NCBI GenBank assembly: GCA_051294905.1
Contig: CM119373.1
Span: 34,658,001-34,722,000, forward strand
Source: Botryllus schlosseri
Taxonomy: Eukaryota
Length of the DNA stretch: 64,000 nucleotides
Reading direction: 5' to 3'
Shown here in pieces: positions 23,932 through 35,781 of this stretch. The notes under the pieces were generated by a model. It had not been told where the DNA came from. It made no database searches and worked only from the letters and a program-made list of their open reading frames with translations. Both the position numbers and the translations under genes were made by a program. How positions within the stretch are numbered: position 1 is the stretch's first letter; each line of letters begins with the position of its first letter.

Positions 23932-24657
23932 ATGGATCATCAAAGTCAAGAAATGAAACCATGTTTAAATCGCCTGGCCGTTACTGAAATTGGCAGTACG
24001 AGCTTTGAATGCGACTTTTGCGGGCTTGCTTTTCAAAAGAAACATAACTTGAGACGGCACAAGATCATTCACACCAACGTGAAAGAGTTTAAATGTGATG
24101 TCTGTGAAAAGACCTTCGCCCGGAAGTGTGCCCTAACTAGGCACATAAACATTCACACCGACACCAAAGGCTTCTTGTGTGATATTTGCGGTAAACTCTT
24201 TCCGTTGAAACATAGTCTGCATCGGCACATGGACATCCACGCTGGTCTGAGAAGATATGCCTGTGAGCTATGCGATATGGCCTTCAGGTATAGGAGCAAT
24301 CTGTGCAGACACATAAAGATTCATGGTGTGTCTAATACATTTGTATGTCCCATATGTGGACTAGGTTTTCCGAGGAACTCCGGATTAAGACAGCACCTTC
24401 CAGTGCACTTGAATGAAAAAAAGTTTCATTGTGAAATATGCGGAAAGGCCTATTTCAGCGAAGGTACAGTTACAAGACACATGAAAGTACATGTCAGCGA
24501 CAATTTGGAATGTCCCGTATGCGGATTAGGTTGCAGTAACTTGAAAAGTCACTTCATTTTGCATGTTAATGAAAGGAAATTTCAATGCGATATATGCGGA
24601 AAGGCATTCTTGAGAAACGGGGATGTTTTCAGCCATATGGAAATGCATTTCAAATAG
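23932..24657 (+). CDS. Tandem C2H2 zinc-finger protein, 241 aa, 8 units; N-class b (first finger deleted), C-class X
   Basis: Open ORF, accATGG, acceptor AG at 23853-23854. Confidence 0.92.
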   Translation: MDHQSQEMKPCLNRLAVTEIGSTSFECDFCGLAFQKKHNLRRHKIIHTNVKEFKCDVCEKTFARKCALTRHINIHTDTKGFLCDICGKLFPLKHSLHRHMDIHAGLRRYACELCDMAFRYRSNLCRHIKIHGVSNTFVCPICGLGFPRNSGLRQHLPVHLNEKKFHCEICGKAYFSEGTVTRHMKVHVSDNLECPVCGLGCSNLKSHFILHVNERKFQCDICGKAFLRNGDVFSHMEMHFK

Positions 24658-25694
24658 TGTTACTCGAGCTGCGTGTCCATTTCTGTTTTCATGTGTCAGT
24701 CGTGAAATGGAAAGTAAGACTGAAATATTCTAGTCATTTCTCGAAGCAAGGATGAAGGGGGAACATTTGAAAATTTTGATTGAGAAAACTTTTTCAGATT
24801 TTTTAGCATGATACATAACAGACACGGAGGTTACGCATTTCTGTAAATTTAGTGGAAACGGTATTCGGTCAACACCGCCATGAAGTTGAAGATACCAAAA
24901 ACAAATTGTGGCGTTTCAACAGACTGAAGAACATGATCATGCAGTCTCAACAGTATTGCAGTACCTACACTGCCTGGAAGTTACAAATACAAATCTTTAA
25001 TTAATCTGTCGATTTATCTCTTTACTAAATGTTGACTACGATAATGAACCCTGCAAGTTAGGCTACAACTACAACAGTGTTTCATATACTTTTATTTGAC
25101 TACCAATTACTATACTTTCACCTCTTATAGCACTATACGAATAAGGTATTACATGGACTTATCTGATATAATACCTATTTAGGTATACTGCATGCACACG
25201 ATTTTGTAACATTGAGTACAATAATTAATCACTAGCTTTTAATGTGATATTGGCCTGTTTGAGTAACGATGACTACTTTTACCACATCTACTATACGAGC
25301 TTTTGAGTACCGCAACTTTTTATGTAAAAAATGATTTAATACATGTATCAACCAGTGATCATGCCTAACCAGATTTATTGCATGCACGCATTGATTTTCA
25401 ATTTTGATTTGTCGAATGATGGATGTAGGCTAATATCGGCAGACCCATAGTTAAGATGGTCCATGCGACTTTGAAACCTTCCTTGTTTTTAATAGTACGA
25501 CTGTGGGTGGCCGAATGTGAGACGTCTTATTCAACATGATTTATGGAAGTCCTAAAAAGAAATGTTTTATTGCTGAATTCAAAATCATGAGCAATGTGAA
25601 CTCATTCATTTTTTATTATGTTTCCACAGATTAATATAGACTGATCTAATTGTGACGATCAACCGTACAATAGAATCTCTACCAACAACGTACC

Positions 25695-26612
25695 ATGGAT
25701 CATCAAGTACAAAATGGCGAAATGGTATCATATTTGAATCAGCAGAATGTTACTATGAATGGACTCGCTAGCTCAGAATGTGATGTTAGCAGGAAGACAT
25801 GCCCTTCTAAGAAGGAATCGCCGAAGCGTATGTGGGGAAGGGAAGGAAAATTTTCCTGCGAATTTTGCGGGCTTGCATTTCAAAGGAAACAGGTATTAAA
25901 ACGACACTTACTCGTTCACACTAACATGAAAGAGTTTAAATGTGATGTCTGTGAAAAGACCTTCGCCTGGAAGTGTGCCCTATCCAGGCACATGCACATT
26001 CACACCGACACCAAGGACTTCTTGTGCGATATTTGCGGCAAACTCTTCGCACGGAAAGATAGTCTGTTTCAACACATGGATATCCACGCCGGTTTAAAAA
26101 GGTATGCATGTGAGCTGTGTGATATGGAGTTTACAGCAAGGAGCAGTTTCTACAAGCATATAAAGGTTCATGCCGTGTCTAATACTGTCGCTGCCGTACC
26201 AAGTAAGAATATTGTATGTCCCTTATGTGGACTTGGTTTTACAAGTAACTACGCATTGAGACGGCACCTTCCAGTGCACCTGAACGAGAAGAAGTTTCAA
26301 TGCGAAATATGCGGAAGGCGTTTTTTGAGACAGGATGGCGTTCCACTACACATGAAAATCCATTTCAACAAGAACTTTGAATGTTCAGTATGTGGGGCAA
26401 GAGTGTCGACTCGGAAAGCCTTGCGAAATCATTGTCTCATCCACGGGAATGAAAAGAAATTTTATTGTGAAATTTGTGGAAAGGCATTCTCGAGGAAAGG
26501 CAATGCCTCCGATCACATGAAAATACATTTGGGATCGTGCTGGCCAAGCTGCAGGTCCATGTCGAGTGTGCGGTCGGTCGCGGCCGCTGTTCAGTCACAA
26601 TATTGTCATTAG
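25695..26612 (+). CDS. Tandem C2H2 zinc-finger protein, 305 aa, 9 units (first degenerate), extended C-terminus; N-class c, C-class Y
   Basis: Open ORF, accATGG, acceptor AG at 25628-25629; ancestral catttcaaatag stop context replaced. Confidence 0.9.
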   Translation: MDHQVQNGEMVSYLNQQNVTMNGLASSECDVSRKTCPSKKESPKRMWGREGKFSCEFCGLAFQRKQVLKRHLLVHTNMKEFKCDVCEKTFAWKCALSRHMHIHTDTKDFLCDICGKLFARKDSLFQHMDIHAGLKRYACELCDMEFTARSSFYKHIKVHAVSNTVAAVPSKNIVCPLCGLGFTSNYALRRHLPVHLNEKKFQCEICGRRFLRQDGVPLHMKIHFNKNFECSVCGARVSTRKALRNHCLIHGNEKKFYCEICGKAFSRKGNASDHMKIHLGSCWPSCRSMSSVRSVAAAVQSQYCH

Positions 26613-27735
26613 ATTGGAAATTTCGAGTCAGGGCGAAGCAGGGTAATGGACAAGACACGCAGTTCCATGTGACAAGTCAATTATTTTTTTTTAATTGGTT
26701 TTTCGCACTCCATTTCCAGTTGCCACTGAGTCAAGTCCCAGTCGGGTAGCAGAGGGTCGACTTCGAGTCATAGGGTTAATATTCGAGTCCGAGTCCAAAT
26801 CATTGTATTCACTGTGCATTCAAGTCATATTTGAATAGTGATTTATCGTGAGTCATGACGCATTAGTAAAAACAGGTAACGTCAGAGTGTATACATAGAT
26901 CTGATATCATGTGGCAATCTAGTATGTTAACGAGATAACCCAAACACAATCTGGCACGTATTTTTCCTACCGCCCCATGCCACTTCAGTTTCATCGCTAC
27001 AGTCCTTTTTATGCTATCTTCTGTTGCTTTTCATTCAGTGTTCTGGCCTCGTTTTCCAGTACTTTTCAGATCTTAAATTTTTACGGCCATATAAAGTAGT
27101 TTTTGCATGTCTTAGTAATAGCTACTTCTACTTGTAACCAGATTCTGGTGTGTGTGTATGTGAGTATCGTATTTTTTTTAATTGTATTTCATGGTGTAAC
27201 CTGGTATAATGCCTAATCAAGTTTACTGCATGCACACGGTTTATATCATTGAGTTTACTTACCATTATTGAATCACTTTGCGAATTTCATGCGATATCAG
27301 TAGACTTTGACACCCTCTGGAGTTTGCGTTTGTCCGTTACATGTTTTGAAGGAGACATAACCGGCATGCAATTTTGCACTGCACGCAGATATACCTAGAA
27401 CAGGGGTGGGATACCTGCGGCCGTGGACACGTAATTCAATCGTTGAGAGCTTCATTTGATATTCAAATTTTCTACGCGTGAATAAATGCGACTTCATTTT
27501 TCAATTTTAATATAGTAGCGGCCTTTGCAATCTGAGCCCCAGTGTTGCGACAGCCCTTGTCCAAATGAGGATGTGTGATGAGTTTTCAACTTCGATTGTG
27601 GAACACAAAGACATGTTTCTTCCTGAATTGAAAATCACGAACCTTTTGAAGTCACTCATTTTCTGTTATATTTTGCAGATTAAAATCGAGTTGAGTTAGG
27701 ACAAAACGATATATACTGACTAAGTATCATGGATC

Positions 27736-28894
27736 ATGGATCATCATATTGAAAATGAAGGAATGGAAGTTCATTTGAATCACCCGTGCCTTAGTGGAAG
27801 CAGCTGTGTAAGCATAGAATGTGATGTTTGCGGCAAAATCGATCTCACTGAGGAAGGATTGCAGAGTCATGTATGTGGACACAAAAAAAACTTTGCCTGC
27901 GACATTTGCGGACTTGCTTTTCAAAATAAATTTCGCTTGAAACGTCACATGCTGATTCACAGTAACGTTAAAAAGTTTGAATGTGAAGTATGTGGAAAAG
28001 GCATTAGGCTAGTTTAACCCAGCACATGAACGTTCACACCAAGGACTTCGATGCCAGATACTTTTGTGATGTTTGCGGCAACATGTTTGCTCCCAAGATA
28101 GGGTTGCGACAGCATGGCGCCAGACAGCAAAGAAATTATGCATGTGACTTTTGTGGTATTGCTTTTTCGTACAAATCTGACTTGAGACGTCACGTGCTCA
28201 TTCACGGCTCCGCAAAAGAGTTTGAATGCGATGTCTGTGAAAAGACCTTGACACAGAAGAGTACGTTCTCATTCACCTTGACACAAAAGATTTTGAATGC
28301 AATTTTTGGGGAAAGGCCCTCTCCCAGAAGCATACTTCGACCAGGCACATGGTCATTCACAACGTCACCCAGGACGTCTTATGCGATATTTGCGGCAAGC
28401 TATTCGTGCAGAAACATAGGTTGTTTCAACACATGGATATCACTCCCGGTTTGAAAAGATATGTATGTGAGCTGCGTGACATGGCCTTTACGTTGAGGAG
28501 CAATCTGAACCAGCATATAAAGATTCGTGGTGTGTCCAATACTTCCTCTGTCGCATCGAATAATTATGTTGTGTATCCCATATGTGGACTAGGTTTCACG
28601 AGGAACTCCGGATTGACACAACACCTTCCAATACACCTGAATAAAAAGGAATTCCAGTGTGAAATATGTGGGAAGGCGTTCTTTAGAAAGGGCGGCGTTG
28701 CACAACACAATAGAATACATTTCAACGATAAGATCACATGTCCAATATGCGGATTAAGGATTTCGAGTCGCTGTGCCTTGCGAAATCACCTTGTCGTGCA
28801 TAATAATGAAAATAAATTTCAATGGGAAATTGGTGGAATGGCATTCTTAAGAAAACGGAATGCCTCTGATCACATGAAAATACATTTCAAATAG
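27736..28894 (+). pseudogene. e-class ZNF pseudogene with Z-type C-terminus and multiple frameshifts
   Basis: ORF pieces 27736-28017, 28026-28454 and 28349-28894; deletion near 28005 relative to the 32196 paralog. Confidence 0.9.
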
Positions 28895-28999
28895 TGCTGG
28901 CCAAGCTGCAAGTCGATGTCTAGTGCAGTGATTCTTAACATTTAGTAATCCACCAAACACTTACGCTAATCGCACCTTAGAGGAAGTGACCACGTATGC

Positions 29000-29580
29000 T
29001 TGTTATGTGATGTTTGCAGTAAACTATATCCTACTGAGGAAGGATTGGAGAGTCATCTGTGTGGACACCAAAGAATCTTCACCTACGGCTTTTCCGGGCT
29101 TGCTTTTCAAAAGAAATATCGCTGGAACCTTCATGTGCTGATTCACATCAACGTAAAAAAGTTAGAATGCGATGTCTGTGGAAAGTCATTCACCCAGAAG
29201 CAGCATACGTTGAACGTGCACATGAACACTCACACCGACACCCAGGAATTTGTGTGCGGATTTTGCGGTAAACTCTTCCTGTTTCGTCTGAGTCGTCACA
29301 CTGGTTTGAAAAGTTATGAGTGTGAATTTTGTGGCATGGCCTTTACCTTGATGAACAATCTGTACATAAAGATCTGTATATAAAGATTCATGTTGTGCCA
29401 AATACCCTTGCTGTCGAATCGGAGTATTGTATGTCCCATATGTGAATTACGTTTTACGAAGAGGCATAATTTCCAAAAGCACCTTCTCGTGCATGGAAAT
29501 TAAATGAATTTTCAATGTGAAATATGTGGAAAGTCATTTTTGAGCAAATCAAATGCTTCGATAGCCACATGAAAACAGAA
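29000..29580 (+). pseudogene. 5'-truncated degenerate ZNF fragment behind a solo MITE end (28926)
   Basis: ORF 29000-29383 reads CDVCSKLYPTEEGLESH...CDVCGKSFTQK...CEFCGMAF; paralog of 17300-17672. Confidence 0.8.
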
Positions 29581-29741
29581 AACAGTCCTGCTCCAGAGGC
29601 ATGTTTATGTTCATTGTCAGTGTTGGCCACAGTCACAAAGCGAAAAGTAGATTGAAATTTTCGATTCAACTGGTAAACAAAGATGAAGATTTAGGACAGT
29701 CGCTCTCAACTTCTTTGTCTTTGTGGACCCATTTTGATCTG

Positions 29742-29960
29742 TCAAGGCAGATACTTTGCTACATTATCGGGTAGAAAGTGTCTGTCCTTTCTAAGAAACT
29801 TGCCAAGAATGTTCAAAGAACGTTCAACAGCAGCAGTCATTGGCTGACAACACTGAAGTTGTACGTACACTTCTGGTGATAAACCGTGTTGCTTCATTCT
29901 GGCAATGGTGTCTTCATCACAAATTTTCATCTTGCGCTTCTGGATATAAGAACCATGCAA
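29742..29960 (-). mobile_element. hAT transposase C-terminal (dimerisation-region) remnant
   Basis: Translation PMTAAVERSLNILGKFLRKDRHFLPDNVAKYL resembles the hAT S/T-x-x-x-ER-x-FS motif; the same DNA lies inside the TAGG-terminated elements at 21010, 34764 and 38966. Confidence 0.7.
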
Positions 29961-30537
29961 TGCTTCGTAATCAGGGCTTCTATGCTTTCCCGGGAATTTT
30001 AAAATGACTACTCGAAAATGTGCCCATGTTCTCGTTTTCCAGTACTTTCCAGAGCATTAATTTCTATGACCACATAAAGTAGTTTTTGCATGCCTTGATA
30101 ATTGCTACTTGTACTTGTAACCGAATTATGGTGTGTGGGTATGTGAGTATCGAATTTTTTTTTAATTGTAATTCATGGTGTAGCCTGGTATAATGCCTAA
30201 CCAAGTTGACTGCATGCACACGGTTTTATATTATTGAGTTTGCCATTATTGAATCAATTTGCGTATTTCATGCGGTATCGGTGAACTTTGGCACCCTCTG
30301 GAGTTTGAGTTTATCCGTAACATGTTTTGAGGGAGCCATAACCAGCATCCAATTTTGTATTGAACGCAGGTATACCTAGTACAAGGGTGGGCAACCTGCG
30401 GCCGTGGACACGTAATTCAATCGTTAAGAGCTGTAATTGATCTTTACATTTTCTTCTCGCTATGCGTGATTAAATGCGACTTCATTTTTCAATTTTTATA
30501 TAGTAGCGGCCTTAGCAATCTGAGCCCCAGTATAGAG

Positions 30538-30900
30538 TAGGGTTGTTCAAAAAAAACTTTTTTTTCCAAATCTCACTCGCCTAATGACTAAATCGTCAGG
30601 TTGTCCAAGAAAACGATGCACACCAAATTTGACTCAATTCCAACGAGTAAAGGCCGTGCAATCTTGAATTGAAAATTTTAAATTATTATCAAAAATAAAA
30701 AAATAAAAATTCTCAAATTTTTCTGTCAACCCCATGAAATTGTTGAGCTGTCTTCAAAAACGATGCAAAACAAATTTGACTCAATTCCGACTAGTAGAAG
30801 CGGAGTTATTCGAGTTTTTCGTTGATAATTTTCGGATTATCCTTGATCCGGGGATCATCAACCAAAAACTCCATAGAAATACCTACTTGGAATCGTATGT
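30538..30900 (+). mobile_element. Half copy (left arm) of the foldback hAT element family
   Basis: Starts TAGGGTTGTTCAAAAA and aligns with the left arm of 31295-31913; another partial right arm at ~40325-40472. Confidence 0.7.
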
Positions 30901-31294
30901 TCCTAACGAAAGTAATTTGGAGATTTCAATATTTCACCACTGTACCGACAATCCTGATGGAAGGTATAGAAATAACAGCATGCAACAAAGTGACTAATAA
31001 CAATTGGCCCACCCATCAACATTTATAACTTGCCCTAAATTTTCGAAAACACTCCCTCAATCAAGTCTACTCCACAGGCGAATCTGATCACATGGGCTGA
31101 GAAAAGATAAATATTTGATAGTAATATGTGAAACTAATAATAATGACGAAATTCATTCGTGAACATAAAAAAAGTTTTGCGCAACTATAACCACTCCCAG
31201 TAACTCTTTATTACATGACCTCTATCAATTTTTATACCTATAGCCAGACAGTATTAAAAAGTAGAATAGTCCGGTGTTCACCTGAAATGGACAT

Positions 31295-31913
31295 TAGGGC
31301 TGTTCAAAAATAACTTTTTTCTTCGGATTCCAGCCATTCACTGATTAAATTGTCAGGTTACCCTAAAAAACGCTGCACACCAAATTTGGTTCGATTCTAA
31401 CAAGTATAGGACTCCGCAGATCCAATTAAAATTTTTAATTTATTATGGAAAATTAAAAAAAAAAATTTTCCAATTTTCCTGCCAACCCCATGAAATTGTT
31501 GAGCTGTCTTGAAAGACGTTGCAAAACAAATTTGAGTCAATTCCGACCAGTAGAAGCTGAGTTATTAGAGTTTTTCGTTGATAAATCGCGGATTATCCAC
31601 CTATCAAGGATAATCCGAGAAGTTTCAACGAAAAACTCTAATAACTCCGCTTCTACTGGTCGGAATTGACTCAAATTTGTTTTGCAACGTCTTTGAAGAC
31701 AGCTCAACAATTTCATGGGGTTGGCAGAAAAATTTGGAAAATTTTTTTTTTTTGATTTTCCATAATAAATTAAAAATTTTAATTGGATCTGCGGAGGCCT
31801 TTACTGGTTGGAATCGAGTGAAATTTGGTGAGCAAGGTTTTCTACTGCAACCTGACGATTTAAGAGGTGACCGCCTTGAATCGGGAAAAAAAAGTTATTT
31901 TTGAACAGCCCTA
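31295..31913. mobile_element. Foldback-type hAT MITE, 619 bp, almost wholly palindromic
   Basis: Ends TAGGGCTGTTCAAAAATAAC / GTTATTTTTGAACAGCCCTA; ~290-bp inverted arms; exact 8-bp TSD ATGGACAT (31287-31294, 31914-31921). Confidence 0.92.
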
Positions 31914-32195
31914 ATGGACATGGACGGGACAGTTTGACATGGTTATCTGGTTTCCAATTAGCTCATTACGACTATATCCTGGAATGCTGCCGGGAATAAA
32001 AAAATGTTTGGCCCTCTGACCTAGTACGATAGCCTTTATCCAAATGGGAATACACAATGAGTTTTCAACTTGAATTGTGGAGCATTGTTTGTTGCTAAAT
32101 TGAAAATCATGAACCATTTGCAGTCACTCATTTTCTGTTATATTCTTGCAGGTCAAGTTGAGTTAGGACAAAGCAATCTCTACGAACTAGGTACC

Positions 32196-33454
32196 ATAGA
32201 TCATCACATTCAAAATAAAGAAATGGAAGTTCATTTGAATCACCCATACCTCAGTGGAAGTGGCCGCGTAAGCATAGAATGCGATGTTTGCGGCAATATC
32301 GATTTTACTGAGGAAGGATTTCAGAGTCATGTGTGTGGACACAAAAAAAACTTTGCCTGCGACATTTGCGGACGTGCTTTTCAAAAGAAATATCGATTGA
32401 AATGTCACATGCTGATTCACAGTAACGTGAAAAAGTTTGGATGTGAAGTATGTGGAAAGGCATTCATCCAGAAGGCTAATTTAACCCAGCACATGAACGT
32501 TCACACCAATGACTTCGATACCAGATACTTTTGCGATGTTTGCGCAACATGTTTTCTACCAAGATAGGGTTGCGACAGCATGTGGCTAGACACCAAAGAA
32601 ATTATGCATGTGGCTTTTGTGGTATTGCTTTTTCGTACAAATCTGACTTGAGACGTCACGTGCTCATTCACGGCTCCACAAAAGAGTTTGAATGCGATGT
32701 CTGTGAAAAGACCTTCACACAGAAGGGTACGTTGACCAGACACTTGAACATTCACACCAATACCAGGGACTTTTTGTGCGATGTTTGCGGCAAACTATTC
32801 GCGCTGAAACATAATCTGTTTCAACACATGGATATCCATGCCGGTTTGAAAAGATATGCATGTGAGCTGTGTGACATGGCCTTTACGTTGAAGAGCAATC
32901 TGAACCAGCATATAAAGATTCATGGTGTGTCCAATACTTCCGCTGTCGCATTGAATAAGAATGTTGCCTGTCCCATATGTGGACTAGGGTTCACGAGGAA
33001 CTCCGGATTGAGACAACATCTTCCAGTGCACTTGAATGAAAAAAAGTTTCAATGTCAAATATGTGGAAAGGCATTTTTGAGAAAATACGACCTGCCACCA
33101 CACATGAAACTACATTTGAACGAGAATTTGGAATGTTCCGTATGTGGAATTGGGGTTTCGAGTCGTGCTGGCTTGCGAAGTCACGTTCTCCTGCACAGAA
33201 ATGAAGCAAAGTTTCAATGTGAAATATGTGGGAAGGCATTCTTGAGAAAGGATGCCGTTGCAGGACACACTAGAATTCATTTCAACGAGAATTTGACATG
33301 CCCAATATGCGGAGTAAGGATTTCAAGTCGCATTGCCTTGAGAAAACACCTTCCCGTGCATGGAAATGCAAGGAAGTTTCGTTGTGAGGTATGCGGGAAG
33401 TCATTTTTGCAAAAATCAAATTATTCTAGGCACATGAAAGCACATTTCAAATAG
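32196..33454 (+). pseudogene. e-class ZNF paralog with ATG->ATA start change and a 1-nt frameshift near 32544; otherwise a long intact finger array
   Basis: gtaccATAgatcatcac start context; tgcgcaac versus tgcggcaac in the 27736 paralog; ORFs 32070-32567 and 32531-33454. Confidence 0.8.
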
Positions 33455-34604
33455 CGCTCCACAAGTGACATGGCTTTTTGAATCGTCAGTCTCGTTCACA
33501 CTCATGAAGTGGAAAGTAGATTGGAATTTTTGAGTCAGACGAAACAAGGCTGATGATTTAGAACAGTGATTCCCAACTTATATGTCTTGGCGGACCGCCT
33601 TTTCATCCGTTAAGGCAGTCCGTCCCTTCCAACTTCATTCAAATTTAGCTGTGGTGTCCTGCTACCGTTTCCTGTCTTTTGCAAGAAAAACTACAGGATG
33701 GTGTAGTGTAAACTGAAAGCATTAATTTTCTTCAGTTGAAAACTATACCTCACTCTGTGGAATTCGTGAAGACTTTTATTGTTTTAAAGCAACTTTAGTT
33801 GATGAGATGTCTGCTGATGCGTGTCAGAAGCAAGTCTTGAAATACATCGTCGTGTCGTTGAAAATGGCCGTCGCATACCAACTTCTCTAAAGTCTCGGAA
33901 AATCGTAAATTGGGTTACCAATCATATTGAAAGCATCCAACCAAGCTTTCGGCGGTATATCTCGTCCGGTGTGTGATAATTTGCGGAATTGTATCTATTT
34001 TATAAAAACATTCTTTACATGTATTAAGCTTGGATAATATCTGATCACTAGGACAAGTTTTTGCAACTTTTTTTCACAGCTTCCTAGATTCTCTAAGTCT
34101 ATGTACTATGATGTTTGGAGTGATTTTATAGTGCAACGTTTTGCAACTTTTCTCTATTTTTCGTACCAAATTTCACTGCAACTTTGATTAAATATTGCGT
34201 AAAATGTAAAGAAGTGATTTAAAAACACGCTCTCTAAACTATTCCTAGTATGTTTCTATTATCATTTATTTGCAAAACAAAGAGCTATATGATGGGGTTA
34301 GCTGCATCTCACTGTTATCTATGACACAATGGATTGCAAGCAGGTAGTGCTACTACGTCTGCCAAGCACCGTGCCTGAATAATATGTGAACAGATCGCTT
34401 AATTAATTCTGCCGTTTAAATTTTGGATGGTTTCCCATTTCACATACACCCAGGCGAGACCGCCGAAATTAACATTTTCATTGGGTCACTTTATTCAGGC
34501 TATTTATATTGTTAAAGGCGCCTAGAGTGAGTGTTTCTGCGACGCCTCGGGTCCGGTTTGCAGACCTAGGGGGCTAAGGGTGTGTAATTTGACTTGTTTT
34601 AGGG

Positions 34605-35781
34605 CAGTGGTTCCTAACCTTTTTCCACCTACGTACCACTTCGAGGTTTTATGCAGTGCTCGCGTACCACCTACATAAGTTGTGCTCGCCATAGGCGGTC
34701 AAAAATGCTTTCACTATTTATGACGTCATTTCCACGTATTTTACCTATGTGGGGTGTAATAACTAGGATGATTTTTTACCTAAAAACGGAGGATTTTGAC
34801 CTAAAAAAACTTCATTTTGACCAAATCTTGACCTCACGTATGCAAATTGGGTGTTTTCGAACATAATGTTAAAATTGTACTATTTATATTAATTTCTGGA
34901 CTTTATTTTAGCGATATATGGCCCTATGAAGAATTCCAGTAGTTACACCACGTATTATGGTAGAGTCATTTAAATTTGTTGTAGTACAACGATAGATACT
35001 TTACTACATTCTCGGAAATAAAGTGTCTGTCCTTACTAAGTAACTAGGCAAGAATGGAGAAATAACGTTTAACAGCAGTAATTGTTGGCTGACAACTCTG
35101 ATTTGTGCGCACACTGCTGGTGACACATTATGTTGCTTCATTCTGACAATGCTGCGTACATCACAATTTTTCATCATGCGCTGCTTGATATAAGAACCAT
35201 GCAATAGCCAAGCAGTCTTGCTTCAGTTAGGATATTGCGGTACGTTGACCATAGCACCATGTCAATTGTCAACCTATTTGTTTCGTTTGGCCATTTAGGA
35301 TTCACGATAAGAGCTTCTTGAAGGTACAGAACTTCACGATTAGACTCACAATGAGCAGACAAATGGGCTGTCTACAACGGTAGGCATGTAAAGTAGGCTA
35401 AAAGCTTTAAAATATCAAATGATAAGTTCACCGATAGCGCAAAATCTACGACACAAACGAAATGGAGGTATCAAAAATATTTTGACAATTTTTTGATCTA
35501 ACGCTTCAAATTTAACAAAATGTTGACTCATTTTGACATGTCAAAAATATCGCCCTAGTAATAACAAATTCTATTATTCTAGGCAGTATCAGCCAGGGTT
35601 GATGGGATGCATAGAATTGTTTTTTCACCACTAGTCAAGAAACTTTAAAAAATATCAAAATCGACCGACCTGAACTAATAATAACTCCATTCGGTCGAAA
35701 GAAACTGAATCTACTCGCGGACTACCCGAGAGACCTTCGCGTACCACTAGTGGTACGCGTACCACAGGTTGGGAACCACTG
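34605..35781. mobile_element. Buster/Charlie-type hAT MITE nested in 34049-36071
   Basis: TIRs CAGTGGTTCC / GGAACCACTG; exact TSD TTTTAGGG (34597-34604, 35782-35789). Confidence 0.92.
34764..35557 (-). mobile_element. Internally deleted hAT element nested in 34605-35781
   Basis: Ends TAGGATGATTTTT / AAAAATATCGCCCTA; exact TSD GTAATAAC (34756-34763, 35558-35565); carries the transposase C-terminal remnant. Confidence 0.92.
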
